From Candidatus Nanosyncoccus sp. (lineage in GTDB: Bacteria > Patescibacteriota > Saccharimonadia > Saccharimonadales > Saccharimonadaceae): a stretch of 45,740 bases of DNA. Position 1 is the first letter of the stretch, and every line of letters begins with the position of its first letter. The stretch lies in the NCBI GenBank assembly GCA_045541635.1, contig JAZQJM010000009.1, forward strand, positions 1 to 45,740, given 5' to 3'. A program made the position numbers and the translations under genes. The notes beneath the pieces were generated by a model. That model worked only from the letters and a program-made list of their open reading frames with translations, did no database searches and was not told the origin of the DNA. Of this stretch, positions 28,127 through 37,963 are shown in pieces.

Positions 28127-29046
28127 CCCCAGTTGCCAATCCAATCACCCCACATTCTTGCTGTTTTCTTATCTTTAAGTCTCATATACCCTGCCGTCGG
28201 CACAAAAGTCAATTCACCGAAGTATATCTTCTTCCCCAGTATAAACAAATCCACCCTTACAAAATTAAAATCCCCAGACAGCTTATCTATTACTCCTAAT
28301 ATTTCTTTATAATTACGAGGCTTCTCCAGCTTAATATCAAGCTCACCAAAGCTACTCCCATAATCTACCACCTTCCAATCCTCATCAAACATCAATCTTT
28401 TTCGTTCATCCCCCACCACTCTTTCTATATATAGTACTTTTCTTCGCACCCCGTTGTCATCTTTGAAACAATAACATTTCAAATCATCAGGTATTTCACC
28501 CTTTTTATCCAGCAATAGTTTTTCAGCCACAACTTTTGGTTTTATTTTATTATAATGGAATTCACCCCACAGGTAACCATATTTCAATCGAGTTAGCCAA
28601 TTAATATAATTAATTACTGCTTTCTTATTTTCTTCATCCTTATTACGAACTATATAATTCGTTCCACTGCCATTAGTAGTTTTCAGTACAAACTGATTTG
28701 GTAAATTATCCCAATCATTTTCCGTTATTTTCTCCACACATAAATATTGTGGTATTAAATATTCTTTACCGATTTTTTCAGCCACATATTTCCTCACTTC
28801 TGCTTTATCAGCATATCTCCACAATTCATTACATAATCTATCATTAATCTTAATCGCATTTAGCTTCTCGTTAAATGTCTTAGGATCATTTAAACCAGGC
28901 TTCTGGCCCATCACTTCCTGATATTTTAAAATCACAAAATCCTTTTTACTAAAAAACGGATTCAGTAGTTTTCTACGATTTTTCTTACACTGCGCAAAAA
29001 ACCTTTCCCAATCCTCAGTATGCATTTTCGTCATGTCGTAACTCAT
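28123..29046 (-). CDS. TupA-like ATP-grasp amidoligase
   Basis: PKTFNEKL, ADK..VR.YV, LP..FVLK..NGSG, D.K.YCF, VRVDLF, FGELTF.P. Confidence 0.88.
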   Translation of the reverse strand: MSYDMTKMHTEDWERFFAQCKKNRRKLLNPFFSKKDFVILKYQEVMGQKPGLNDPKTFNEKLNAIKINDRLCNELWRYADKAEVRKYVAEKIGKEYLIPQYLCVEKITENDWDNLPNQFVLKTTNGSGTNYIVRNKDEENKKAVINYINWLTRLKYGYLWGEFHYNKIKPKVVAEKLLLDKKGEIPDDLKCYCFKDDNGVRRKVLYIERVVGDERKRLMFDEDWKVVDYGSSFGELDIKLEKPRNYKEILGVIDKLSGDFNFVRVDLFILGKKIYFGELTFVPTAGYMRLKDKKTARMWGDWIGNWG

Positions 29047-29053
29047 TCACTAG

Positions 29054-31291
29054 TTACTTTCGAATTAGCTTCCATTTCTGATTATTACCACCATGACTAT
29101 CAAAAATTACTAAATTCCCAGACGGCGCAGCATCTAGCACTCTACCAGAGCATACCGATTTTATCGTATAATAGCCTTCACTATCTTTCTCAAATAACCA
29201 ATCCTGATTACATTTATCATGCTGAGCATATGCTTGTACTCTCGTAGAGTTGTCCACCCTTCCACCAGCCACATCAAACGCTAGTCCATTATATGGATTT
29301 ACAATACTATAATACCCATTCGACGCGTCATATTTTATTTCAAAAGTTTGATTCTCCAGCCCCACAGTCTTAATTGCAAAAGTTTGCAACGCATTAGATA
29401 CAATACCTTGCTTCAGCCCACCTTTCAAATCTATCGCTTTATCAAGATTAGATTTCGGAGACAATTGATATTGTCCACTAATCACCTCCTGCCCCTTACT
29501 CTGCTTAGCACTAGAGACCTTTACAAGGCTCCATTTCTGTTCATTACTACCATCATACATTTGCATCGTTAGATCGTTATTACTTGAAGTCGTAATTACC
29601 TTAGACGAACATCGAGATCTAATTACGTAATATCCCTCACCATCTTTCTCAAACAACCAATCTTGATTGCAATTGCCATGTGGAGTAAACAGTTGCACCC
29701 CGGCACCATATAATTTACTAGCGCCCTTCACATCAAAGGCTAACCCACTCGCAGCATTAGTAATGCTATAATAACCACTCTCATAAGCTATCTTAAATAG
29801 CTGATTGCTATAATTACTATCTTTCTTTGTAAATATTTGTAACGTACTAGAAGTCGCACCAGCCTTAATGCCACCTTTAATATCTATCACTTTATCAGAA
29901 TACTGCTTTGATACCAGCATGTACTCATCATCACTAACCGTTTTTTCATTATTTGTCTTAGCTTCCTCGTCAGCTGCAATTAGTTTCCATTTCTGATTAT
30001 CACCACCATGACTATCAAAAATCACCAAATTCCCAGATGGCGCAGCATCTAGCACTCTACCAGAACATCTCGACCTAATCGTATAATACCCATCATCATC
30101 CTTCTCAAATAGCCAGTCTTGATTACATCTATTATGTTGTGTATACACCTGCACTCTAGTAGAATTCGCCGTTTTTGCCCCCACAATATCAAGCGCCAAA
30201 TAATTATACGGACTTACAATACTATAATATCCATTAGATGTGTCATATTTTATTTCAAACAATTGATCAGACTCAGTACCTTTCGCCATACTAAAGGTCT
30301 GTAAGGCACCAGATACTACGCCTTTCTTCACACCATCCACCATATCAATCGCTCTATCAGTATACGACAGAGGAACTATTTTATAAGTGCCGTCAGCCAC
30401 ATTTCTTTCATACTTCGTCTTTGCTTCCACTACACCATCACTAGTGATCCCACCAAACCAATCCTCAAAATACAGATAGAAATTCCTATTACCATACGAC
30501 CCACATGGTGCCTCGCCATATCCAGCAGCCAGCGCTGCAGCATTTGGCTGATACGGTGTATATTGATAAAGTGCCGATGTTGCGCGATTTCTAATATTTA
30601 CCCACGAACTCCCACACTGATAAGCGTCATTAGGGTGATATTTTATAATATTATTACCTACTGGATAATATTTAGAGCCATTATCTAGTACATACCTGTA
30701 TAAATAGGCAGCATTTCTTACTTGATTCTTGAACCCATAATATTTAGATGAGCAAGCAGCCGTATCTGGACATCCATACCCAGTCGCCTTACGATAATCC
30801 AAATTGTTAGGAATTTTGTCCGTAATCAACCCAGTCTCTTTCTGAATCAACACAATTAATGCCTGAGGATTAATTTGATAGTCCTGCGCAGCTTGCCAGA
30901 TGATATGCGCAGCCGTCTCACCAGTACCTATTTCATTATCTGCATCACCAAAACGCTCTTCCGACAAGCATACGAAATGCCCATTCGCCCAATGCCAAGT
31001 ATAATTCTTGTTAGCAGATAATCTTAAATAATAACCATAATCCGTATTATTACAAGAATTCTTCGAAGTCAGAAAACTCTGAATATCAGCCTCACTCATC
31101 GAATTATAATTACTCATCTGAAAATCCGAAATAATATATCCTGGATCAAACTTCGCCAGATCAGCTGCATCCACTAAAGTATTTATCTTATTAAAAAGTA
31201 ATGCGAGTAGCGTAAACAAAAAAACTGCCGAAAAAATTCCAGCACTTACAATCCATACCCTCTTGTCTCTTCGTCGTACACTTCTTACCAT
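29054..31291 (-). CDS. Secreted protein: lysozyme-like N-terminal domain plus three RICIN-type beta-trefoil lectin domains
   Basis: N-terminal TM/signal; INPQ....IQKE, GYGCPD, ALYQYTP, YGNRNF...F..WFG; three repeats with NQxW/NQxF motifs. ATG 31291 overlaps the upstream TGA. Confidence 0.75.
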   Translation of the reverse strand: MVRSVRRRDKRVWIVSAGIFSAVFLFTLLALLFNKINTLVDAADLAKFDPGYIISDFQMSNYNSMSEADIQSFLTSKNSCNNTDYGYYLRLSANKNYTWHWANGHFVCLSEERFGDADNEIGTGETAAHIIWQAAQDYQINPQALIVLIQKETGLITDKIPNNLDYRKATGYGCPDTAACSSKYYGFKNQVRNAAYLYRYVLDNGSKYYPVGNNIIKYHPNDAYQCGSSWVNIRNRATSALYQYTPYQPNAAALAAGYGEAPCGSYGNRNFYLYFEDWFGGITSDGVVEAKTKYERNVADGTYKIVPLSYTDRAIDMVDGVKKGVVSGALQTFSMAKGTESDQLFEIKYDTSNGYYSIVSPYNYLALDIVGAKTANSTRVQVYTQHNRCNQDWLFEKDDDGYYTIRSRCSGRVLDAAPSGNLVIFDSHGGDNQKWKLIAADEEAKTNNEKTVSDDEYMLVSKQYSDKVIDIKGGIKAGATSSTLQIFTKKDSNYSNQLFKIAYESGYYSITNAASGLAFDVKGASKLYGAGVQLFTPHGNCNQDWLFEKDGEGYYVIRSRCSSKVITTSSNNDLTMQMYDGSNEQKWSLVKVSSAKQSKGQEVISGQYQLSPKSNLDKAIDLKGGLKQGIVSNALQTFAIKTVGLENQTFEIKYDASNGYYSIVNPYNGLAFDVAGGRVDNSTRVQAYAQHDKCNQDWLFEKDSEGYYTIKSVCSGRVLDAAPSGNLVIFDSHGGNNQKWKLIRK
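29070..30064. repeat. Intragenic direct repeat between ricin domains 1 and 3
   Basis: 29070-29149 vs 29985-30064: 76/80 identical by manual alignment. Confidence 0.85.
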
Positions 31292-31851
31292 CAAATATTC
31301 ACCTCTCTCGTTATCGTGCCAGTCTTCCCATCAGAGCTTACTTTGACATTTATCTGCAAACTACCTTTTGGTAATTCTGTTAATGGAATCTCAAATCCAT
31401 TACAAACCGAAGTAGATACCAAATTCATAATCCCCGCCGTTTCCGTATATACCTCTGTTCCATTCTGTAGTATATTAAGTTCACATTTCCCCTCCGACAA
31501 AAATTGATCAATATTTACATTCAAATTCAAGTTACCATTCATCACTTCAGCATAAGAAATTGTACCAGACAGCTCATTATTACTACTAGTATTTTCCCCC
31601 TCATATTGTTTCACTTCTTTTTCTTCTACTACCCTCTCAGCAAATTCTTCGTCACTCTCGCCATCTTTTTGTTCTATAATCTTCACTTCTTCTTCCACCT
31701 GAGGAACATTACTCTGTGAAGTATTATCGTTACTATTCTGAGTGTCAGTATTACCACGTACAGCAAACCATACAGCTACCACTACCAAACACACAAAAAT
31801 TAAGCATTCAAATATTAACAATTTCTTATTTTTTCTTTTTCTCTGAGGCAT
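31291..31851 (-). CDS. Hypothetical membrane-anchored protein with beta-rich extracellular domain
   Basis: Basic N-terminus, one TM, acidic linker, two-Cys beta-strand-rich C-terminus; AGGAG SD and TGGTATAAT upstream. Confidence 0.8.
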   Translation of the reverse strand: MPQRKRKNKKLLIFECLIFVCLVVVAVWFAVRGNTDTQNSNDNTSQSNVPQVEEEVKIIEQKDGESDEEFAERVVEEKEVKQYEGENTSSNNELSGTISYAEVMNGNLNLNVNIDQFLSEGKCELNILQNGTEVYTETAGIMNLVSTSVCNGFEIPLTELPKGSLQINVKVSSDGKTGTITREVNI

Positions 31852-31895
31852 GACTAATTCTCCTAGTATAGATTATACCAGAAAAAACGTCTTTT

Positions 31896-32222
31896 TTATA
31901 GTTCTATCCCTAAAATCTTCGCAGCCTCGTATAATACTTTCTTCTCTTCTTCCGTGCAATCCATCATCCTCACTCGGAAAAACTCCACCGTGTCTTCATG
32001 TCTAAAATCTAACACTTCGAGCGTCCTAGCTTCTCCTGGGCTTTTCCTGAGTACCCCCTTATTCACCAAATTATCAATATGTTCTGCCACAGCCGATACT
32101 GACGAGAGCCCCAACCCACTCATGATTTCACGATACGACGGTGAATGGCCATTTTCCTCTGTAAAATCCTCAATAAACTCCACCACGAGCTGCTGTTTTT
32201 TTGTTAATTTGTTTGTACTCAT
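31896..32222 (-). CDS. LexA-like winged-helix DNA-binding protein lacking the S24 peptidase domain (108 aa)
   Basis: LTKKQ....EFI......G.SPSYREI..GLGL.S.SAV..H...L..KG.L......AR.L matches the LexA N-terminal domain; start at ATG 32222 with TATAAT 6 nt upstream. Confidence 0.85.
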   Translation of the reverse strand: MSTNKLTKKQQLVVEFIEDFTEENGHSPSYREIMSGLGLSSVSAVAEHIDNLVNKGVLRKSPGEARTLEVLDFRHEDTVEFFRVRMMDCTEEEKKVLYEAAKILGIEL

Positions 32223-32238
32223 GCTATAATTATATATA
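32222..32238. promoter_or_regulatory. Bidirectional overlapping -10 elements in a 16-bp divergent intergenic gap
   Basis: Palindrome TATAATTATA (32225-32234) gives TATAAT on both strands, 8 nt from ATG 32239 (+) and 6 nt from ATG 32222 (-). Confidence 0.7.
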
Positions 32239-34098
32239 ATGAAAAATAATAAATCAATTGACGGTCTCTCTACTCGTGACGCCAAAAAATCTGCGTCCTC
32301 TTCTGTCAAGCGCCCTACTCCTTCCAAAAGTTCCGTCATGGCTCCTCGTCCTAAGACTGTCAAACCTCGCGTCTCTACTAAAGCCCCTCTTAAGGCCACT
32401 TCTAATACAGTTAAAGCTAGGAAAACACCAGTAAGTAAACCTACCAGTGTTAAAGTCAACACTAAGCCAAAATCCACTTCCACTGTCACTAGCACCATAA
32501 TTACCGACGAGATCGATAATAATCCTATCGAGATTGAGGTTTTTTCTGACGACAAGCAACCTCTCACTCCCTCCCCTAAATCTGACAGCAAGCCAACTAA
32601 ATCCCACGAGCAAACCGTGGAAGATTTTCTCGCACCAGTTAGCGCTTTTAACTTTGGCGACGATGACACCCCAGACACTTCAGAAGATAACACAAAGGTT
32701 CCTATGGGCAAACTAAAATATTCCAACCTACAAGAAGACACCTCATCCACCAAAGACAACAAGAAATCCACTAAGAAAGCTAATTTCAAGAAAGCCCCAA
32801 GCAAAGCTCGCAAGGTTATTTCCATTATTGCCCTCATCATCGTTACTTTAATTATTGGTGCAGTAATCTGGCTACTTATCTGGGGCAACGATATTATCGC
32901 CAAAATCACTGGTGGCCAAGGCAACCTCTTCGACCTTTTCTCCCTCATGGATGAAAAATACGAGCCATTAAAAACCGACAAAAACGGGCGCACCAATATT
33001 CTTGCATTTGGTACTAGTGGTTACGATATGGATGGTACCGAAGGTAACGGCACACATGACGGCGCACAACTTACTGACTCTATTATGTTAATTAGTCTAG
33101 ATCAAGAGACCGGAGATGTCGCGATGCTTAGTCTCCCACGCGACCTCAAAGCTTCCCCCACCTGCACAGCCACCAGCAAAATTAACGAAGTATATTGGTG
33201 TAACAATATGGATGGAAACAATGAAGAGGCTGGCGCCACAGCACTTATGTCAGAAGTTGGCACTATTCTAGGTATAGATATTCAATATTACGCGCATCTT
33301 AACTGGGCTTCCTTATCCAATATTGTAGACATACTTGGTGGTATCACTGTTACTCTAGATGAAGACATCCACGATTATTACTATACAAAAGCCGTTTACG
33401 AAGCAGGCGTTGAATACACAATTAATGGCGCCGAAGCAGTCGGTCTCGCTAGAGCACGCCATGGCACAGCAGGTGGCGATTTCTCTCGTGGTGCTTCCCA
33501 ACAGAAAATCCTCATCGGCATCAAGAACAAAATTTTCGAGAAAGAACTTACACTTTCTGATATATTAGGCCTTGCCTCTACCTTGGGTGACAATTTACGC
33601 ACCAATCTCTCAGTAGAAGAACTCAAAACAGCTGCTCACCTCACTTACGATTTCGACTTCAATAATATGCGTGAGCTCACACTTTACCCAGATTACATGA
33701 CTACTGGGACTATTAACGGTATCTCTTATGTCTTGCCGAAGGGTGGCGTAGGTAATTATGGCGCCATCCAGGAATATGTTAACAAAATGCTAAGCAGTGA
33801 CCCACGCAACTACGAAGATCCGACTATCATCATCCTTAACGCTTCAGACACAATCGGTCTCGCCTCCACAGAACAAGAAAAGCTCGAAAACGCAGGCTTC
33901 ACCATTACTGACATTGACAACGCACCACTCGGTGAATACAACGAAGGTTATACCATTTACTCCACCACTACTAAACCAGGCACTAAGAAATTATTAGAAG
34001 ATCAATATAATATCGAATCACTTCCTATCGAGCAAGCACCAGTCGAAGGTTACGACTTCGTCATTGTCCTTAACCCAAGTACCGAAGTTTCAGAATAA
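32239..34098 (+). CDS. LCP (LytR-CpsA-Psr) family glycan-to-wall ligase with LytR_C domain
   Basis: Low-complexity N-terminus, one TM, NIL.FG, TDSIML, SLPRD, KIN, ARARH...GDFSR...QQ; C-terminal ILNAS...GLA. Confidence 0.92.
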   Translation: MKNNKSIDGLSTRDAKKSASSSVKRPTPSKSSVMAPRPKTVKPRVSTKAPLKATSNTVKARKTPVSKPTSVKVNTKPKSTSTVTSTIITDEIDNNPIEIEVFSDDKQPLTPSPKSDSKPTKSHEQTVEDFLAPVSAFNFGDDDTPDTSEDNTKVPMGKLKYSNLQEDTSSTKDNKKSTKKANFKKAPSKARKVISIIALIIVTLIIGAVIWLLIWGNDIIAKITGGQGNLFDLFSLMDEKYEPLKTDKNGRTNILAFGTSGYDMDGTEGNGTHDGAQLTDSIMLISLDQETGDVAMLSLPRDLKASPTCTATSKINEVYWCNNMDGNNEEAGATALMSEVGTILGIDIQYYAHLNWASLSNIVDILGGITVTLDEDIHDYYYTKAVYEAGVEYTINGAEAVGLARARHGTAGGDFSRGASQQKILIGIKNKIFEKELTLSDILGLASTLGDNLRTNLSVEELKTAAHLTYDFDFNNMRELTLYPDYMTTGTINGISYVLPKGGVGNYGAIQEYVNKMLSSDPRNYEDPTIIILNASDTIGLASTEQEKLENAGFTITDIDNAPLGEYNEGYTIYSTTTKPGTKKLLEDQYNIESLPIEQAPVEGYDFVIVLNPSTEVSE

Positions 34099-34164
34099 TC
34101 ACTTATACTTACCGGCTAACCAGTCAACAAATCAATCATAATCCACAATCCATCCCCCATAAGC

Positions 34165-34193
34165 AAAACACAGTACTTATCGTACTGTGTTTT
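34165..34193. terminator. Bidirectional intrinsic terminator between convergent LCP and jag genes
   Basis: AAAACACAGTAC-ttatc-GTACTGTGTTTT. Confidence 0.8.
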
Positions 34194-34197
34194 ATCT

Positions 34198-34659
34198 CTA
34201 TTCGCTTACTTTACTAATGAATAGTTTTCTTTCTTTCCCTTCCCCCTCAGAATGAGTCTCAATATCTGAATAATCTTGCGCTAGCTTGTGTACCACACGT
34301 CGATCAGCAGAATTTAGGTTGACTTCCATCATCTCACCTGTCTCGCGCACTCTTTTTATCCAACCTTCAGCCTTCTCAGCAATCCTATCAGCTCTCTGTC
34401 TCTTATAGCTAGCAATATCTACGTTTACACGTGTTATTTCAGCCCCTTTCATTACGAGAGCCATCGATACAATATGTTGTAGTGCTCTGAGATTATCAGC
34501 ATTACGTCCAATTAATAATGAATTAAGCGAAGTGGATGGCACAGAGAGTTGTATTACTTCATCATCCATTGACGCATACACAGCCACGTTAATACCAAAG
34601 AAACTTAATATATCCTCCAGGTACTTCGCAGCAAACCTAATAGACTCTTCTTTATTCAT
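34198..34659 (-). CDS. jag: Jag/KhpB-type RNA-binding protein (KH + R3H, no Jag_N domain)
   Basis: LLIGR....LRALQ, DIASY, RRVVH, HSEGEG..R; position downstream of yidC. Confidence 0.88.
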   Translation of the reverse strand: MNKEESIRFAAKYLEDILSFFGINVAVYASMDDEVIQLSVPSTSLNSLLIGRNADNLRALQHIVSMALVMKGAEITRVNVDIASYKRQRADRIAEKAEGWIKRVRETGEMMEVNLNSADRRVVHKLAQDYSDIETHSEGEGKERKLFISKVSE

Positions 34660-34660
34660 T

Positions 34661-35809
34661 TTATCTCCTTTTCTTTTTAATATCTTTAGCGGAGATACGT
34701 GTTATTTTTGTCCCGGTTTTTTTGTTTTCTACCACCTCAGCTTCTTTTATCTTATCCCCACGAATTTTCTTACCACCAGTCGCCTTCTTAAGCTCCTTAA
34801 GTACGGCCTTATCAGTAGCATCATCCATCTCATCTTCCACTCTACTATATATTATTTTCTGAATCAGAATCGTAATTATATTACTTAAGAAATAATAAAA
34901 TGCCAACGCACCATGTAGATTCATCATAATGACGAACATCATAATTGGCATCATCTTAGTCATTTGACCAGTTGCAATTCCTGATACTTCGGAATCGTCA
35001 ATCTCCTTACCAGCCTTCGCATCTTTTAGCAATTCACGAAATTTCTTACTCTTCTCCGACTTACCAGTCGGCATTTGCTGTTTCGTCATAAAATACTGAG
35101 AGAGTGACGCAGCAATCGTAATCACCATCATAAACACAGCACTCAGCGAGAACTTTGCTGGATTCAGTAAATCACTTGCCTTCGCCTCTAGATTAATTAC
35201 GCCAAACAATTGTGGATGAAAATTATATTCAGCCACCTCTTTCTCTTCATCCGTAGAATTATCACTATATTTTACTTCGAGATATTTTAGCTGCTCATCC
35301 TCTAGAGACTTAATCTCTGACCCTTCATACGCCACAATCTCATAAGCACGATTAGATAAATTATCAGTTGGCAGAGGTGTAGCAATTACCCTAATAGACG
35401 AGAAAATTGCGATAAAAATCGGTAGCTGTATTAACAATATCCAAATTGAGGTAAATGGCTTAACATTATATCTTTTATAGAGATCCATCGTCTGCAGAGA
35501 CTCAAGTTGCTTATTACCATTACAATTCTTACGAATCTGCGTCAACTCTGGCTGTATTTTGCGCATTAGCCTCGTCTGTACGAGCTGCCTCTTTGTTAAA
35601 GGAATCATCAATAACTTCACAAGTACTGTAAAGATAATAATCGCAAGACCAAAATCATGTACCAGATTAAAAATTACAAATAGTATATTTACAATCGGTC
35701 GTACAATAATAATATCAATCAAGTTAAAGGGACCACCTACAATAATCGATCCCACTATAAAAGCAATTACAAGCCCCCAAATTACGTATTTCTTCACACT
35801 CTTATTCAT
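34661..35809 (-). CDS. yidC: Membrane protein insertase YidC/Oxa1
   Basis: FGLAIIIFT..VKL...PL, M..IQPE, LLIQLPIF, AL.FY....N....Q; canonical rpmH-rnpA-yidC-jag order. Confidence 0.93.
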   Translation of the reverse strand: MNKSVKKYVIWGLVIAFIVGSIIVGGPFNLIDIIIVRPIVNILFVIFNLVHDFGLAIIIFTVLVKLLMIPLTKRQLVQTRLMRKIQPELTQIRKNCNGNKQLESLQTMDLYKRYNVKPFTSIWILLIQLPIFIAIFSSIRVIATPLPTDNLSNRAYEIVAYEGSEIKSLEDEQLKYLEVKYSDNSTDEEKEVAEYNFHPQLFGVINLEAKASDLLNPAKFSLSAVFMMVITIAASLSQYFMTKQQMPTGKSEKSKKFRELLKDAKAGKEIDDSEVSGIATGQMTKMMPIMMFVIMMNLHGALAFYYFLSNIITILIQKIIYSRVEDEMDDATDKAVLKELKKATGGKKIRGDKIKEAEVVENKKTGTKITRISAKDIKKKRR

Positions 35810-36164
35810 GATTGCTTTTATTATAACATACTTTACTCTCAGCTACCAGCTCCCCAAGCAACTTCGTCAGCTCTGTATATGGCATTCTAGCCACATCACT
35901 AGAAAAAACTACAAATATATAATCAGTCTTCTTAGGGATATATTCCATATTTTGCCTAAGAGCCTCGTATACACGGCGCCTAATTCGGTTTCTTTTCACG
36001 GCACTCTTAGCTACCTTTTTCGAAACCACCACAGCAAACCTCGTAAACCCACGTGAATTCTCCACAAAAACCAAAGACATCTTCGGCTTACGAATCGTCT
36101 TACCCTTTTGATAAACATATCTCACTCCACCCCGAGAATGAAATCTGTATTTCTTACTAATCAT
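35802..36164 (-). CDS. rnpA: Ribonuclease P protein component
   Basis: RFAVVVSKKV.KSAVKRNRIRRR RNR motif. Confidence 0.95.
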   Translation of the reverse strand: MISKKYRFHSRGGVRYVYQKGKTIRKPKMSLVFVENSRGFTRFAVVVSKKVAKSAVKRNRIRRRVYEALRQNMEYIPKKTDYIFVVFSSDVARMPYTELTKLLGELVAESKVCYNKSNHE

Positions 36165-36235
36165 ATTGATTATATATTATCATAAAAATTATCTTCAGCC
36201 CATGATATACACCAAGAACCAAAGATAATCTATTA

Positions 36236-36373
36236 TTAAGCAGTTAATCTTGCGCGACCCTTAAGCCTACGCAGCTTAAGTACCTTACGACCATTCTTAC
36301 TAGAATTACGCTTCATAAAGCCGTGCTCGACTTTGCGCTGCTTCTTGTGTGGTTGATAAGTCCTCTTCGGCAT
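36236..36373 (-). CDS. rpmH: 50S ribosomal protein L34 (45 aa, absent from ORF track)
   Basis: Manual translation [45 protein letters not shown]. Confidence 0.97.
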   Translation of the reverse strand: MPKRTYQPHKKQRKVEHGFMKRNSSKNGRKVLKLRRLKGRARLTA

Positions 36374-36428
36374 ATTATTATTCCTTAAAATTTAATTATT
36401 TTCAAATACTTGTTATAGTATACATCAT

Positions 36429-36555
36429 TTTTCCACATTTTTCAAGAGGTTTTCCACAACTACTTAAGGGGTAGCGTCCGACTTGTGGAAATCTTTTATC
36501 TGGTACAGCGTTCACATATTATAAAATATTTTTAACAAATTTTACCTGTGGAAAA
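36429..36555. promoter_or_regulatory. DnaA-box cluster upstream of dnaA (oriC part 1)
   Basis: TTTTCCACA 36429-36437 and 36450-36458; TGTGGAAAT 36484-36492; TGTGGAAAA 36547-36555. Confidence 0.85.
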
Positions 36556-36598
36556 CTTTCCCCCGAAGTGATATAATACCTATAAATAAGGAGGTCTA

Positions 36599-37954
36599 AT
36601 GTACAACGTTTGGGAAAATGTTCTTGCTGAGATTGAGCAGAAAATTTCTGCAGCTAATTTCTCCACCTGGTTTCAGAACACCTCCTTACTCTCCACCGAC
36701 AATGGCACTATTATTATCGGTGTTAAGAACTCATTCTATGTTAAGCAGCTTCGTTCCAAATTCCTCGACGTCATTACTACAGCCCTTACCAATAACGGCG
36801 TCACAGTGAATTCTATCGATTTCGAAGTGCAGACCAAGTCAAAGTCCAAAGTTCGTTCGCGCGAGATCACTGCCGACCCCACCTCACTTAAGGAACGTAT
36901 TAAGCCCATCAAGAAACTTCAGAACTCTAGCTATAATAACGGCCTTAATAGTAAATATACCATCGAAAGTTTCGTTATCGGCTCTAATAATGACCTTGCC
37001 GCTTCGGCCGCCAAGAGCATCATTAATAACCCCGGTACACAATATAACCCCTTCTTTCTTTATGGTGGACCAGGCCTTGGTAAGACTCATCTCGTCCAAG
37101 CCATAGGTAACGAGCTTTTAAAGCGTGACCCCAGCTATAAGATTCTTTATTCACCAATCTCCGATTTTTACGCCGACTTCGTCGACTCCGTCCTTAAAGG
37201 CAAAGGTAAAGAGTTTAACCAGAAATTTCGCACCCTTGATTGTCTCATCATTGATGACTTCCAATTTATCGTTGGTAAGGAGAAGTCTCAGGAAGAATTC
37301 TTCAACATCTTCAATGCCTTATACCAGCTAAACAAACAGATCATCATCACTTCTGATCGTCTCCCTAGCCAGATTAAGTCAGTAGATGAACGCCTCGCTT
37401 CCCGTCTCGCCATGGCTGGCGCTTTTGATCTCCAGCTTCCGAAGTTTGAGGACAAGTGCGCCATCTTACGCTCAAAGGCTGACCTTATCGGCGCCGAAAT
37501 AGAAGATGAAGCCATCGAATACATCGCCGAGAACGTCAATACTAACATTCGTGATCTTGAGGGTGAGTTATCCACTATTCTACTTATGTCAGATGTTCGT
37601 GGCCTCACACCATTAGAGCTCATCAAGAACGGCTCTGTTAATGTTAATCATACAGCTAAACTTCGCCCTACTTCAAGCAAGCGTATTATCGACAAGGTAG
37701 CCAAATATTATCAACTTACTACCGAAGAAATGCGTAGCAAATCACGCGTATCTAATATCAAGAACGCACGCCAAATCGCTATGTATCTATTATCTAAAGA
37801 ACTATCTATGAGCACTACTAAGATAGCCACCGAGGTCGGCGTCAAGGATCACAGCACCGTCATGCACGGCATTAAGAAAATCGAAAATGACCTTAAACTC
37901 AATTTCACCCTCCGCGACCAAATCGAAGAAATTAAGGAGAAAATCTATGATTAA
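36599..37954 (+). CDS. dnaA: Chromosomal replication initiator DnaA
   Basis: YNP.FLYGGPGLGKTHL, IDDFQF, QEEFF..FN, RL.SR, NIR.LEG, RQIAMYL, DHSTV; AAGGAGG SD. Confidence 0.98.
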   Translation: MYNVWENVLAEIEQKISAANFSTWFQNTSLLSTDNGTIIIGVKNSFYVKQLRSKFLDVITTALTNNGVTVNSIDFEVQTKSKSKVRSREITADPTSLKERIKPIKKLQNSSYNNGLNSKYTIESFVIGSNNDLAASAAKSIINNPGTQYNPFFLYGGPGLGKTHLVQAIGNELLKRDPSYKILYSPISDFYADFVDSVLKGKGKEFNQKFRTLDCLIIDDFQFIVGKEKSQEEFFNIFNALYQLNKQIIITSDRLPSQIKSVDERLASRLAMAGAFDLQLPKFEDKCAILRSKADLIGAEIEDEAIEYIAENVNTNIRDLEGELSTILLMSDVRGLTPLELIKNGSVNVNHTAKLRPTSSKRIIDKVAKYYQLTTEEMRSKSRVSNIKNARQIAMYLLSKELSMSTTKIATEVGVKDHSTVMHGIKKIENDLKLNFTLRDQIEEIKEKIYD

Positions 37955-37963
37955 TTACCAAAT

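Noticed and set aside
31896-32996. 366-aa ORF as a long LexA fusion
   Set aside because: The first ~258 codons are antisense to the LCP gene; LexA similarity and a -10 box point to ATG 32222.
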